Part shown: piece after piece, positions 15,285-27,633 of the stretch
Layout: every line of letters starts with the position of its first letter
How positions within the stretch are numbered: position 1 is the first letter of the stretch
Assembly: GCF_009914755.1 (NCBI RefSeq)
Contig: NC_060928.1
Length of the DNA: 64,000 nucleotides
Origin: the human T2T-CHM13v2.0 reference genome, Homo sapiens
Direction: 5' to 3' (one strand)
The notes under the pieces: model-generated
Databases searched by the model: none
What the model was told of the DNA's origin: nothing
Seen by the model: the letters and a program-made list of their open reading frames with translations, nothing else
Translations under genes and position numbers: made by a program

Positions 15285-15302
15285 TGGGTACTCTCCCGGG
15301 AT
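15285..15302 (+). promoter_or_regulatory. Degenerate tRNA-Pro primer binding site
   Basis: TGGGTACTCTCCCGGGAT vs the canonical Pro PBS TGGGGGCTCGTCCGGGAT (14/18), 2 nt after the LTR; splice donor G|GTGAGT follows at 15313/15314. Confidence 0.75.
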
Positions 15303-16742
15303 TCATCAGATGGGTGAGTAACATGCAGATCTGTCTCTCCTTGTCCTCAGACTTTCCTCTGAGCTATGCCACTTGCAGGGAACAGGATGCAACCCTGCCA
15401 TTTCTCTTTCTTTGAGTGAAAGGAATGTTGGCTCTGTTTCCCTTCATGGAGGCTTAGCTGTCACGTGGGACCAGGACAAAGTCCTGGGGCAGCTGTAGGC
15501 ACCTGGCTGAGGCCACTCCTCGGTGTTACCGGAAGGCCCCTGGACTGGCCCCCAGTCTCTGACCACAGGCGCCAGCCAAGACCTCCAGACTTTTCTATGG
15601 CATCTTTTATTTTTCACAATTTGAAATGGCTCCTATCTTTTCTTTTATAATGTGAAGGGTTTTGCTACAGACTGCAGCTATGATATTAGGCAGAATGTAA
15701 CTTTGGCCCAGCCATCAGAGGTGCAATTCAGAACAATGTGATTTCTGTTTGTTCTTAAAAGTGCGACCCGGAACCCTACCCCAATGGCCGCAGGCGCATT
15801 TGTGAAATGGGCAGGCATGCAGTGGCTCCCCTTCTTACTACCTCCCCACCTAGCTTGGATGCTTGGATGTGTCTGCAGTATGCAGGAGCCACATCCAATG
15901 GCTACAAGGGGTGGGAGAAAACCACTGCCCAGGGCTGCCGGGGGCCCAGGGCTGCCGCTGGGGCCCCGCTCAGCAGACAGGCTGGACTCTTTCACCCACC
16001 ATTCCCTCCTGCCCCATGCTGGTGCCCACAGAGCATTTTCTTCTATGGCTGAGAGGTCCTTATCGGTCTGAACCGGGAGAGGAATACAGTAATTGAAGGA
16101 GCCCATTTGCATAGAACAGGAAGTTCTCTCCCCATCTCTTTTTTGTACTTTAAGCTGTTTCTTTTTTCTCTTCTAAGTGAGAGGCTTCTTTTCCCCAGGA
16201 CTCTGCTTATGATAGGGAAAACAACGGAGGAGCGGCCCCTGCTGGCTATATCTTCAAATTTGGCAGGACCCCTTTGGGACTTCACGTAAATACTTCCATG
16301 CACCGCCATGAAATACCTTTTTTGTCCGAAACTCAATTCCAACTTTCAGGTTGAAGCCTTAGAATGGAAAACCAGATCTGAGGGATTCAAAGCCAGACAA
16401 CAGGCACAGAGTAAATGGACAGGACCAATTCCTGCTGATTAAACCCCCATTTCATGAAAGGAGGCCATGCTCCATGGCGTAGATGAGGCCCAGGGAACTC
16501 AAGTGTTGTCGACAGTAGAAGGGATAGAGGCATAGGTTAGTGTGGATAATTCCTATTCTCTAGATCTTGCTTTATGGGTGCAAGCCGCATTGGCACCCAT
16601 GGATGGCACATGCCAAGGTCCCTGGGATTCAGGGACAAAAAGATGGTGGAGAAAGGGGAGATGCCCACTTTCCCTATCCCTCACAGCCCAGGTTATTGTG
16701 GAAAGAAGGAAGGGAAATGAGGGATGCCTATTTCCCTTTCAG

Positions 16743-17950
16743 GATGGCAACCAGCTATCTTCATCACCCCCAGTTTATACTCCTCTGGACTGTATACTGA
16801 ATCACTGGGACTGCTTTGACCTTCAGACTCTAAAGGAAAAATGTCTCATAGCCCTCTGCACAAAGGTTTGGCCAAATTATAACTTACAGGAAGGACTGGC
16901 TTGGCCTCAGAAAGAAACCATTTATTTCAATACCATCCTGCAGTGGGACCTTTTCTGTAAACATGAGGAAAAATGGTCTGAGGCCCCATATGTGCAGGCT
17001 TGCTATACCTGGCAGGACAATCCAGACCTTTGCTGACAGTGTAGGATTGATTCAGCCCTTAGTTTACTATCTCAGGAAAGGCTGCCGGGGCAGTCCTAGG
17101 GAACTAAAGAAATGAAACCCAGAGGCACCCCCAGCAGGGCAGCCAGCTCCCTCCAGCCCTCTTGCTCGGGGTCTGCCCCGTCCTCCCTGTTCAGCTTCTC
17201 TCTCTTGCTTGCCTCCTCCTAGAAATCCTCACCCTAGACAAGCTCCAGTCTCACTCTTGCACCTTCAACAGATGCCTGGTGAATTGGGCCCCAGTAAGGT
17301 CCAGGTCCCCTTCTTTCTATAAGACTTAAAGCAAATTAAGGGGGATCTTGGCAAGTTTTTAGATGACCCTGACAGCTGTATAGAGGCTTTCCAGAATTTA
17401 AACCAAGTATTTGAACTCTCCTAGAAAGACATTATATTACTTTTGAATTAGACCTTGACAAACACTGAGAAGCAGCCACCTCTGCAAGCAGCAGAGAGAT
17501 TTGGGGATGAGCTTTTTATTACATATGGTGTCAGGGAAGGGGCCAAACTTTACCCAACTGGAGGAAAAGCAGTACCAGTGGATGACCCTAAATGGGATCC
17601 CAATGATGAGATGGGAGAATGGAAGAGGAGACACTTTCAGATGTGCATAATAGAGGGCTTAAGTAGTACTAGAACTAAGTCTCTCAATTATACGAAGCTA
17701 CTCATCATAGACCAGAGATATAATGAAAATCTCACTGCCTTCTTGGAGAGGCTAAGAGGGGCCTTGGTAAAGCACACCTCTCTATCTCTTGATTCCGTTG
17801 AGGGACAACTAATCCTAAATTACTGCCTAAATTACTCAGGCAGCCCCTGATATCAGGAGGAAGCTGCAGAAATGGAACAGGCCCTGGGGACAGATAGTAT
17901 TTTAGAGGACCTCTTTAAAGTGGCCACGTTGGTCTTTTACAATAGAAATA
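16743..17950 (+). pseudogene. gag: Disrupted gammaretroviral (ERV9/HERV-W-related) gag
   Basis: Matrix-like TPLDCILNHWDCFDLQTLK...WP...FNTILQWDLFC...KWSEAPYVQA and capsid/MHR-like DQRYNENLTAFLERLRGALVKHT; stops and frameshifts between the two ORFs. Confidence 0.85.
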
Positions 17951-18133
17951 GAGAGAAAAAAGAAAGAGGCAGAATCTTTAATGGCTACCATGCAAGCCCA
18001 CAAACCTCAGAATTCCCAAGGTGCACATTTTAACAGATACACATGTAGCAAGAGCAGTAATCTTTCTTCTAAAGTTTAAACACTCCCATAAAAGGTTTAA
18101 TTTCTTTCACCAGGGTGAAAGAGCTCAGGGTAC

Positions 18134-18297
18134 TGTTGTGGGGTGAGGGAAGTGGGGGAGGGATAGCATTAAGAGATATACCTAATGTAAATGACGAGTT
18201 AATGGGTGCAGCACACCAACATGGCACATGTATACATATGTAACAAAACTTCATGTTGTGCACATGTACCCTGGAACTTAAAGTATAATTTTAAAAA
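18134..18297 (+). mobile_element. Short L1PA 3' end (L1PA4-6-like)
   Basis: GGGAGGGATAGCATTAAGAGATATACCTAATGTAAATGACGAG...GAACTTAAAGTATAAT. Confidence 0.9.
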
Positions 18298-19499
18298 GAC
18301 TCTTTAAATGCTGTATGTACCAGCATTTCCATTTTATTTGTAACAAGAGATCCTTTGTATATGACACTTGACATTTTACATGCAAATACACATAATTTTT
18401 CAGAGGTATAGATATCCTTGCATCTGAAGAAAGTGTATCACCCCGAAGCCAGTTTGTTTATAAACTATTTTCTTAAATGGGAGAAAAAAAAGCCAACTCT
18501 GCCTCTATCAGAAATTAAAACTATGTTTGCACAGAAAATCTAGAGTAAACGTATTTTTAAATAAACTAGTCATCATATTTTACATAGAATTGTATTATAT
18601 TCTTTGTAGTTAGTATTTCTCCTTTTTGCACTAGTAATTTTTCAGATATATTTTTTGAAAATTTACAAAATCTCTATTAACCTTTCATGAAAAGGTTAAT
18701 TGAAAGAAGAATCTCTGCTTATAATAATATTCACTTGAGTCAAGAAGTTTGAAGAAGAAAATGACATAATGAATAATGTGCTTTGAAGCAGAATACTTCT
18801 TAAAGTCTATGATGTATTTGATCCCAATTGGATTAATTGGGACTTAGCAGTGATTTGCCTGAGTTCAAACATAGCTCAAAATTCTAAGGAGTCTGCTGCT
18901 TGACTAATCTAATATTTTAAAAAATCATTTTCTGTCAGTTCTCAGGAGTGGAAAGGAGAAGGGAGGAGAAAACATAAAAGGATGATTCCAGTTTATACTG
19001 GTCAGACTTGAGCTGTGTTTAGGAATATACAGACATGCAGAATATCTTGGATTTAGAATAATGGTTTGCACATAGTGTGAAGGCCAATGAGTTGACATAT
19101 AAAATGTATTTAAAATGTTTTTGAGAATTTGATTATTTGTTATATAACTTAACATTATTACAACAACAGAGTATCAATATATGACTATGTGAAATTGTTT
19201 TAACCTGTACTTATCTACATTGAAAAGATGGATGGATAGATAGATCGAACAACAAGTTTTTAAATGGTCTGAGTAAATGTAAATTAGATGGCACAATGAA
19301 AATATAAAAAAATAGAAACAAGAAACCAATGGAAAGAAAGCAACCCCAAAATATTACTTGGTATATATATATTGCTGTTTGAAGGTATTCAATTTTTTAA
19401 TCATTCAAAACACATAATCAAGTAGAATAAAGAGCTACTAGAGATTTTTCAATTTTCTGTGTTGATCAATTGAATTGTTGCCATACTGAAGTTTTTAAA

Positions 19500-19750
19500 A
19501 TAAAATATTATAGTAACAATTCTTATTTACTCTGTACTATGTATCAGACTTTAAATATCATTCAGTTATTTTACTCTCAAAATAAATCTAAAAAATATAT
19601 AATTTTATTATCCAATTTTAAAGATGAGTGAATTGCAATTCACAGAAGGTATATGCACTTTTCTCAAGGATGCACAGCTATTAAAAGTTTGGGACCAACA
19701 TATAAATCTTGCAATCTGAATACATTTCCATTCTTTTATCTACTGCTGCA
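19500..19750 (-). mobile_element. MIR (diverged)
   Basis: TTATTATCCAATTTTAAAGATGAGTGAATTGC...TCTCAAGGATGCACAGCTA resembles the MIR core. Confidence 0.6.
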
Positions 19751-20185
19751 TACAACTGTCTAGACTGTCAATAGTTTTGGTTCATCTGATATTTTATTTC
19801 ATTAATGCTAAATGTTCAAACATGACCTGTTAGTGAGAAACTACAAAGAGTTAATTTGAGATCCTACCATCTACCTGAGTGATCTTTAGCATATGTGGAG
19901 TCAGAATGATAATGTTGGTATTGTGTAAAATGTATTTCAAATATTACCACAAATATGCAATTTTTAAAAATCAGGCGGCATAAAGAATAGTTTATCTGAT
20001 TTTTCTTTGCTAGATTTTCATACAAAAAACAGGGACCCTAAATAAAAATATATAAGAACATGTATTTCAGTTGAGCTAGGGACGTTAAAAAATATATGCA
20101 TACAGCATTAGATATTTCCTGGAGAGAACTGTAGTGCTCTGACAAAATAATGGACAGCTCAGAGAAAAAAAATAAAATCATTATT

Positions 20186-20384
20186 GTGATCCTCCTGTCT
20201 CAGACTCCTGGATAGCTGGGACTGCAGGCGTGTGCCACCATGACCCGCTACTTTTTGAATTTTTTGTAGAGATGGGGTTTCACCTTGTTGCCCAGGCTGG
20301 TCTCAAACCCCTGGGCTCATGCGACCTGCCTGCTTCGGCCTCCCAAAGTGCTGGGACTACAGGAATGGACCACTGCGCCTGGCC
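20186..20384 (-). mobile_element. 3'-truncated AluJ-like fragment
   Basis: Left arm plus part of the right arm; no poly(A) tail. Confidence 0.88.
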
Positions 20385-22489
20385 ACAAAAATCATTGATT
20401 CTTAAAAAGAGTTCAGGGATTTGAAAGAAAGGAAGGAATAATATATTTGCCAACAATTTCTTATCTAGGATGTGTCCCAGAATCCCCAAGTGCAGTGCCG
20501 TATTTTCCTCTGACAGAATTTTACAAATATTTTCTATATCTTTAGTTCTTTATTGCAGATGTTCCAGAATGGTGAGAGCAATATTGAAGAAAGAGAATCA
20601 GTAAGAGAGAATTTGTGAAATAACACTTTCATGTGCATACTTGGAACAACCAGATGAGTGAAAAGGGTTCTTCAAACAAGGGATCAAGGCATAGCCTGAG
20701 ATAAAAACCAGGTTGTGTCAGCAGTTGTAAAAGTTGCAAAGCAAATGTTAGTGGCAATTCGCTGAAAACAAATGCCACTTTTCCTTCAAAACAAACAAAA
20801 CAAGGGAAGGAAAAAAGGAAATATTCAAAACTGAATTACACATTAATTGTGAACATATAACATTGTTTTTTAGTTTCAGACCATGCTCCTATATATTTAT
20901 GACTTGAGGTTTCATTTACCTTCACAGTGGGGAAGAATTAAGAAACCTGCCTCTTCAGGCATTACTTTTCCTGGCAGGGAGATGGCGGGGTAGGTCTAGG
21001 ACAAGATATTTCCAAAAGAAAGCATCTAAATGTAGGATAGGCATGACAAATCAATCATGGTAATTCAGATATTTTTATGAAGTGACGCTGGGAACTAATA
21101 AATTTATAGACACAAAATAATAGAATTATATATTAAGAGTTTCTCAGAAGTTATTACACAGACTTGTCACCTCCTCTTTACCACCATTCCTACACATACA
21201 TAGTTCTCCAATAAAGTAAATGAAGCAAATAATAGAATTTGGGAAAATTGTCTAAGATCACACAAATGATCAGCTGCCCATCTGCACTGGAATTCATTCT
21301 CCTAAGTTCCCTAAAATACTTCAGAACTCCAAAAAGAACTGTAGGAATTCTATCCATTTGGGAATTTATTTTCAGGCCTTGAAATCAACCCAAGTCTGAA
21401 TGGTTTTCAAAGCAATTGCCAATCAGCAGATTCCCCAGCAGCCTGAAAGGCACCTGGGAAAATCAGGATTGTCACAAAGCCATGTAAGTATTTTGGAAAT
21501 ATATTTTAATGAGGTGCTTTTCTTTGGGAAAAAGTTTGATTCTAATTAAAGAAGAAGCCAAGCTAATTCTTGCAGTTTCTTAAATACAATTTTGGGAGGT
21601 TCTTTTAGTTATGAAAAGTATAAAAATTTGACCCTGGACAAAGTTTAGGCAGAGTTTGTATTATTAATATGTACCCAAGCAAGTATTATATAGAAAATTT
21701 ATGCTTTAATTTGTAAAGAGAGTGTTCTCAAATGGAAAGTTTCAATTTTGATGGACACTTCTGGATTCTAAATTTATCAGATTACTGGACTTCGGAGTTT
21801 AAAAAAATGAAGAACACTGCATTGTTATACTAGCTTATAAATTATAGCTGAAGAGGTCATTTTAGAATGTCTCTTCTATCAAAGTGGAAGCATAAGCTGT
21901 GCAAATGTGCAAAAATATTTATTGGACTCTCTTGCCCTGCTTCTAAATTTACCATAGAAATGTTTTGTATAAAGTTATATTGTCCTAGAGCTAAAGGTGA
22001 TTTTAAGATAATGAGTTCAAAAGTTTCAAGCTCATTTCTAACTTTAGCTCTTACAGTTAGCAAAGTGTTTTTCTCTAGAAAAAGTGGCCCTGCTTTCATA
22101 TTGTTGTTAACATTAGTAATTACTGAAATGTATCATATTTTAGCAAATATCAAGGAAATGCAGATTTTAAGTTACTTCCCCTTTATATCATGACGTACAT
22201 TTTCAATTTTTTACTATTAAAAATAGGATTACAGAATTAAGAAATAACTCAGGAGAGTATCTAATTATCATGCAGATAATTTTCCTAGATTAATATGAAT
22301 CCCATGCCAGTTCTGTGATCCTTAACTCTATAAAGTATCTTCATCAATTTTAACACTTCTTGTGGTGCCACTACTAAACTATACAGAATAAATGGGCATA
22401 TAGATATGTGCCCGTAAATAAAGACTTTGCAAAACAATAGTCAGAATCTGTCAATAATTCATTACAAAATTGTAGCACAGGTGATGCTG

Positions 22490-23110
22490 ATTGGATATTT
22501 ATTGAGCATTAAGCAGCAGAAACTGTGCTAGCCACTGGAAATATAAAAGTTTCTATGACTTGGCTCCTCTCCTCAAGGAGTTTAAAGCCCAGTAGGGAAG
22601 ACAGGCTTGTACACAAATAATTATAATATTTCAATAAGTTATTTATTATAATCCTAGAAGGTCACAACAGAATGTTTATAAATTATAATAAAGGAGATTA
22701 GGGAAAGTCTCTTGGGATAGATGATATATTAGGCAAAAAATTAGTAGGATTTTCCAGAAAGACAAATACAGAAAAGCAGAACAGCAAAGAATTGCATGTG
22801 AAAAAATAAGCAGGTGAGAAAAAGCCAGACACAGTAAAGTAGGTCATTTCTTATGACTTGTTAATTCAATGTGTATGGGGATAGAGGTTGGCAGCAGATT
22901 AAATTAATTCAATGTGTATGGGCGTGGTGGGAGTAAGATCATACTAATAAATGTACTTCATGCTGTGAGTGGGAAGACATTTAAAATATCACAGTCAAAA
23001 AATCAGATTTCCCTTTGTAGAAAGATCAACCCTGGGATGAGAAGATCATTTCTGATGTTTGGTGTAAGTCTGGGAAAGAGAATTAATGTAGAGGTCACCA
23101 AGATGGAAAG
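22490..23110 (-). mobile_element. L2 3' region (diverged)
   Basis: ATATTTATTGAGCA...ACTGTGCTAG...CCTCAAGGAGTTTAAAGCCCAGTAGGGAAGACAG. Confidence 0.65.
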
Positions 23111-26100
23111 GACAAGAAGATTTGAGCTTGGCTTGTCAAACTTGGCTTCACAAGTTTGATGAGTTCCACATGGTAAGGTACATACATGGAATTACTTTTT
23201 TTTTTCTCATAACTGTCACCAAATTTTTGTTAAACACCCTATCTTTCTGGGTAGCAAGGATACTTAAGCTCACCAGTCAGTAACAACTCAGTCTAATTTA
23301 ATAACTTTTCATTAGATTCTTGCTTAAAACCAAGTTTAGGACAATTCAAAACATCCTCTCAAAGAGCTCATGTAGAAATTCCTTCAAATACAATAAGCTG
23401 TTACCTGCAGAAAAATCTGGGAGTGGGAAAAATTTCATATAAGATCTTGGTAACTGTAGAGTTGGCTTTCTTGGTTACGGTAGAGTACACAACTATTCTT
23501 TCTGATGACCCATTAGATGGCAACTGCATACATAGTGATGGCTTTAGAAAAGAGGATTTTCAGATAATACAAATATATGCATTTAGAATCATAAATTACA
23601 AATTATTAATAATAAAGGGACAAAATAATTTTTAAAGACAAGGCAGATTTATTTAAAGGTTGCAAAATTAACTAGAAATAAAAATATTGTCACTGAATAT
23701 ATTGGTTAAAGTTTAATTGGGAAAGAAGAGCAACTATGACCAATGATAACTAGAAATGTATTTTGGAAGTATACATTATGTAAATAAGGAAGGTACTAGG
23801 GAATTAAAAATCTGGAAGTTGATGCTGTATAATGAGAGAAGGAATTACTAACCAAATGTCCTCAATAACTAGCATAGTTGGAAAAGTCAGAGTTTACAGG
23901 CAAACCCAACGGTCCAAGCACATGTGGGCACCAGACTGATGATGCAGATTGGGAGAAGATGGAGCAGTTTATGGCAAACTGCTGCTTTTGTGTACCACTG
24001 CTTCTGCATCTGGTGGTGGGTCTTGGGCCAGTGTTAGTCAGCAAGGGCAGCATTCAGAAAGACAAACGGGCAGAAGACAAGCTGGGAGCCACTGAGGGCC
24101 TACATACGCCTGAGACTTACCCGTCCATGCCACCTTCTGAGTAATGGTCACCACTTTATTTTCACCTTTCAATTTTTATGCAAGATTCTCATTTGGCCAA
24201 TCTAGCTGTGGTGACGTGGCATCTTATAATCATCTATTTACCATTTTTAACCTCCAAATAGAGAGATTACCAAAGTTGTTATTCTATTTACCTTTATGCT
24301 ATTCTCTGCTTTATGAAAATATGCTAACACTTGGCTAAAAAAGAAATACATAAAATCCCACTTATCCATCTTAGGTTAAGTTCATTCTCATATTTGTCAC
24401 ACTCCCCCTTAGATATTCTGTAACCTAAATATTAACATATAAGGTTATCTTCTCTTAACATATTATGTAATGGTGGAGGAATAAGAAATTTTTAAAAGAA
24501 CAATAATTGATAATACATACCTGCATACACATATTCACATCAAAGCAAAGAAGAAATAGAATGATGAAAGTCTTTGTTCCTACTGCTCACACAGTCATAG
24601 CTGCTGTTTAAAATATTCTTCCCTTTGTCCTCAGCAAGCAGCTTATCTGCTTATGGTTTGTTACTTGGTACATTGATACAATCCTTTATTCATGAAGCAT
24701 CTCTGGCAGTAAAAGTCTTATCTTTATCAAGTTATGTTTTATTTTTCTATTGAAATTTATCACATGATACACGTGTGCTAGATCTCCCAGAAGGCTCTTG
24801 CATTTCAGACATACTCCTCTCTATCACCAGAAATTAAAGTGGGTGTATTAACAACCCAATTTTCCCTTGATAGAATCAACTCTTCCAACAAGTCAATTTC
24901 TTTTTTATCTCTTGGTTCAGTGGCAAGATAAACTCAAAGTGGCCAGGAAGCAGTTTCAACTTCCTATTTAATAGGACCAGTGCTTTGTTCCATGGTAAAT
25001 GCAGTCTTCCCTTGAAAACTAAAACCTGTAAACTAGCAGAAGCCTAAGGTACAGACATACCAAGCAAAAATTTTGTTAGAGAATATTTCAGGGTAATTGT
25101 AAGAGATGTACTCTGTTTGTCATGCCATGACCCTTGAGCCCATGATTAGTGACTTTATCAAAAGAGCACTATTTATTGATTGCTTATTCAGTGCAATATA
25201 CAGAAGGCCATTAGATTGGACTATCAGGGCAGCTACTCCAGGTGATAAGGAATTTAAACCAGTGAATTACAGGAGCATGAGCCCATTTCTAAATTCAATT
25301 TGCTGTAAAATGAATTCCCTGATCAGAATTAATGCTCTGTGGATTATCCTGATAAATAAGGCATTCAATAAATACATAATTGGTAATTTTGGCAGAAACA
25401 TTGTGAAAAAGACATATTCATATCTATAGTGTCTATTTCAGTGAGAACAAAGAATGGTTTTTTTTCTTTTTTTCTGGAAGTGTTCCAACATAAGCCATAA
25501 GCAACCTACCATATCATGAGATTACTATTGGCCTCTCTTCTTGGCAAATGGGTACTCAGCAATGTACTCATGTTTAGCTTTTAGTCTTATCCTTATTGCC
25601 ACTTTGTTCATTAGCCTATTAAGCAAGAACAAGGGCAGCTGAAGCAACAGGCAAACTGACACGCAAGGAATAAGTCATTTTGTCTACCCAATTAGTAAGA
25701 TTCTCTCCAGCCAAGTTGGCTCTTTCGAGAGCATTTTGCTTATGGAACAATAATGCCTCTACACTCTTTGCTCATTTAAAGAGAATCATTCATAGTCATC
25801 TTCCTCAGATCACCATTCACCAGTTTACCAAATATGTTCTTTTTATGCCGCTATCATCCATGCAAATAATTATCTACTACCATTAAATAATTGAAGATCT
25901 GTATCTCCAGCCACCTCTCATTCCAGGTAAAACAGACAACAGATACACTGCACTAATCAAAGCTCTGCCATTTTGAGGCTTTTCTTTCATCACTTCTTTC
26001 AGGGCCACCCTTCAGGCAGTCATGCTGGACTTATCCACTTTTGAGTGGTGCTAGGATAATCATGCAGAACCATTACTAAACTGAGCCTAGTTTTTTTTTT

Positions 26101-26173
26101 CTTTCTTAGACATATAGTCATAGGGAAGATGCTATGAAGCTATACGTGGAAAGAAAGGGAGGCAATGTGACAG

Positions 26174-27633
26174 TGAGAAGTGACAGCGTGTTTGCAGCCC
26201 TCGCTCACTCTCGGTGCCTCCTTGGCCTCGGCGCCCACTCTGGCTGTGCTTGAGGTGCCCTTCAGCCCACCGCTGCACTGTGAGAGCCCCTCTCTGGGCT
26301 GGCTGAGGCCAGAGCCGGCTCCCTCTGCTTGCGGGGAGGTGTGGAGGGAGAGGTGCAGGCGGGAACTGGGGACGCTTCCAGGCCAGCGCGAGTTCTGGGT
26401 GGGTGTGGGCTCAGTGGGCCCGCACTCGCAGCGGCCGGCCGGTGCCGCCAGCCCTGGGCAGTGAGGGGCTGAGCACCCGGACCAGCAGCTGCGGAGGGTG
26501 CGCCGGGTCCCCCGGCACTGCTGGCCCGCCTGTGCCACGCTTGAACGCTCAGCCGCCTCCCCCTGGGGCAGCGCTTGGGACCTGCAGCCCACCATACACA
26601 AGCACCCCGTCCCCCCTACCCGCCTGCCCCTGCTCCGGCATGGCCCAAGCCTCTCCAACGGGTGCCACCCTGGCACAGGATCCACTGGGGGAAGCCAGCT
26701 GGGCTCCTGAGTCGGGTGGGGACTTGGAGAACTTTTATGTCTAGCTGGAGGATTGTAAATGCACCAAACAGCACTCTGTGTCTAGCTCTGGGTTTGTGGA
26801 TGCACCAATCAGCACTCTGTATCTAGCTAATCTGGTGGGGACTTGGAGAACTTTTATGTCTAGCTAGAGGATTGTAAATGCACCAATCAGCACTCTGTGT
26901 CTAGCTCAAGGTTTGTAAATGCACCAATCAGTGCTCTGTGTCTAGCTAAAGGTTTGTAAATGCACCAATCAGTGCTCTGTGTCTAGCTAATCTAGTGGGG
27001 ACTTGGAGAACTTTCATGTCTAGCTAGAGGATTGTAAATGCACCAATCAACACTCTGTGTCTAGCTAAAGGTTTGTAAATGCACCAATCAGTGCTCTGTG
27101 TCTAGCTAATCTAGTGGGGACTTGGAGAACTTTTATGTCTAGCTAGAGGATTGTAAATGCACCAATCAGCACTCTGTGTCTAGCTCAAGGTTTGTAAATG
27201 CACCAATCAGCACCCTGTCAAAACAGACCAATCAGCTCTCTGTCAAAACGGACCAATCAGCAGGATGCGGGTGGGGTCAGATAAGGGAATAAAAGCAGGC
27301 TGCCCTGAGCCAGCAGTGGCAACCCGCTTGGGTCCTCTTCCACACCATGGAAGCTTTGTTCTTTTGCTCTTTGCAATAAATCTTGCTGCTGCTCACTCTT
27401 TGGGTCCGCACTGCCTTTATGAGCTATAACACTCACCGTGAAGGTCTGCAGCTTCACTCCTGAAGCCAGTGAGACCACAAACCCACCAGAAGGAAGAAAC
27501 TCCGAACATGTCCCAACATCAGAAGGAACAAACTCCAGACACACCATCTTTAAGAACCGTAACACTCACCGCGAGTGTTCACGGCTTCATTCTTGAAGTC
27601 AGTGAGACCAAGAACCCACCAATTCCAGACACA
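26174..27633 (+). mobile_element. LTR12 (ERV9) solo LTR, LTR12C/D/E-like
   Basis: TGAGAAGTGACAGCGTG start and CCAATTCCAGACACA end; TSD ACAG/GCAG; GC-rich 5' U3, CCAAT tandem array, U5 repeats; 1460 bp. Confidence 0.93.
26715..27295 (+). promoter_or_regulatory. LTR12 U3 enhancer/promoter: about 40-bp tandem units with 10 CCAAT boxes, GATA site and AATAAAA TATA-like box
   Basis: CCAATC recurs at roughly 40/80-bp spacing from 26805 to 27258; CAGATAAG near 27278; AATAAAA near 27288. Confidence 0.85.

Larger units (their letters stand above)
15283..18133 (+). mobile_element. HUERS-P-like ERV1 internal region (leader and gag), 3'-truncated
   Basis: Follows the LTR and PBS; contains gag remnants; ends at an L1PA 3' fragment, with no pol, env or 3' LTR seen. 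Confidence 0.75.

Noticed and set aside
21857-22193. 108-aa and 80-aa antiparallel ORFs in unique sequence
   Set aside because: AT-rich composition, no recognisable motif and no supporting splice context
23135-23159. Hairpin TCAAACTTG-gcttca-CAAGTTTGA as a possible small RNA
   Set aside because: A 9-bp stem is too short for a pre-miRNA and is plausible by chance in 64 kb
26140-26826. Overlapping GC-rich ORFs (up to 181 aa)
   Set aside because: By-product of GC-rich LTR12 sequence; no recognisable domain
26715-27262. Regularly spaced ~40-bp repeats resembling a CRISPR array
   Set aside because: No unique spacers and no cas genes; this is the known LTR12 U3 tandem enhancer
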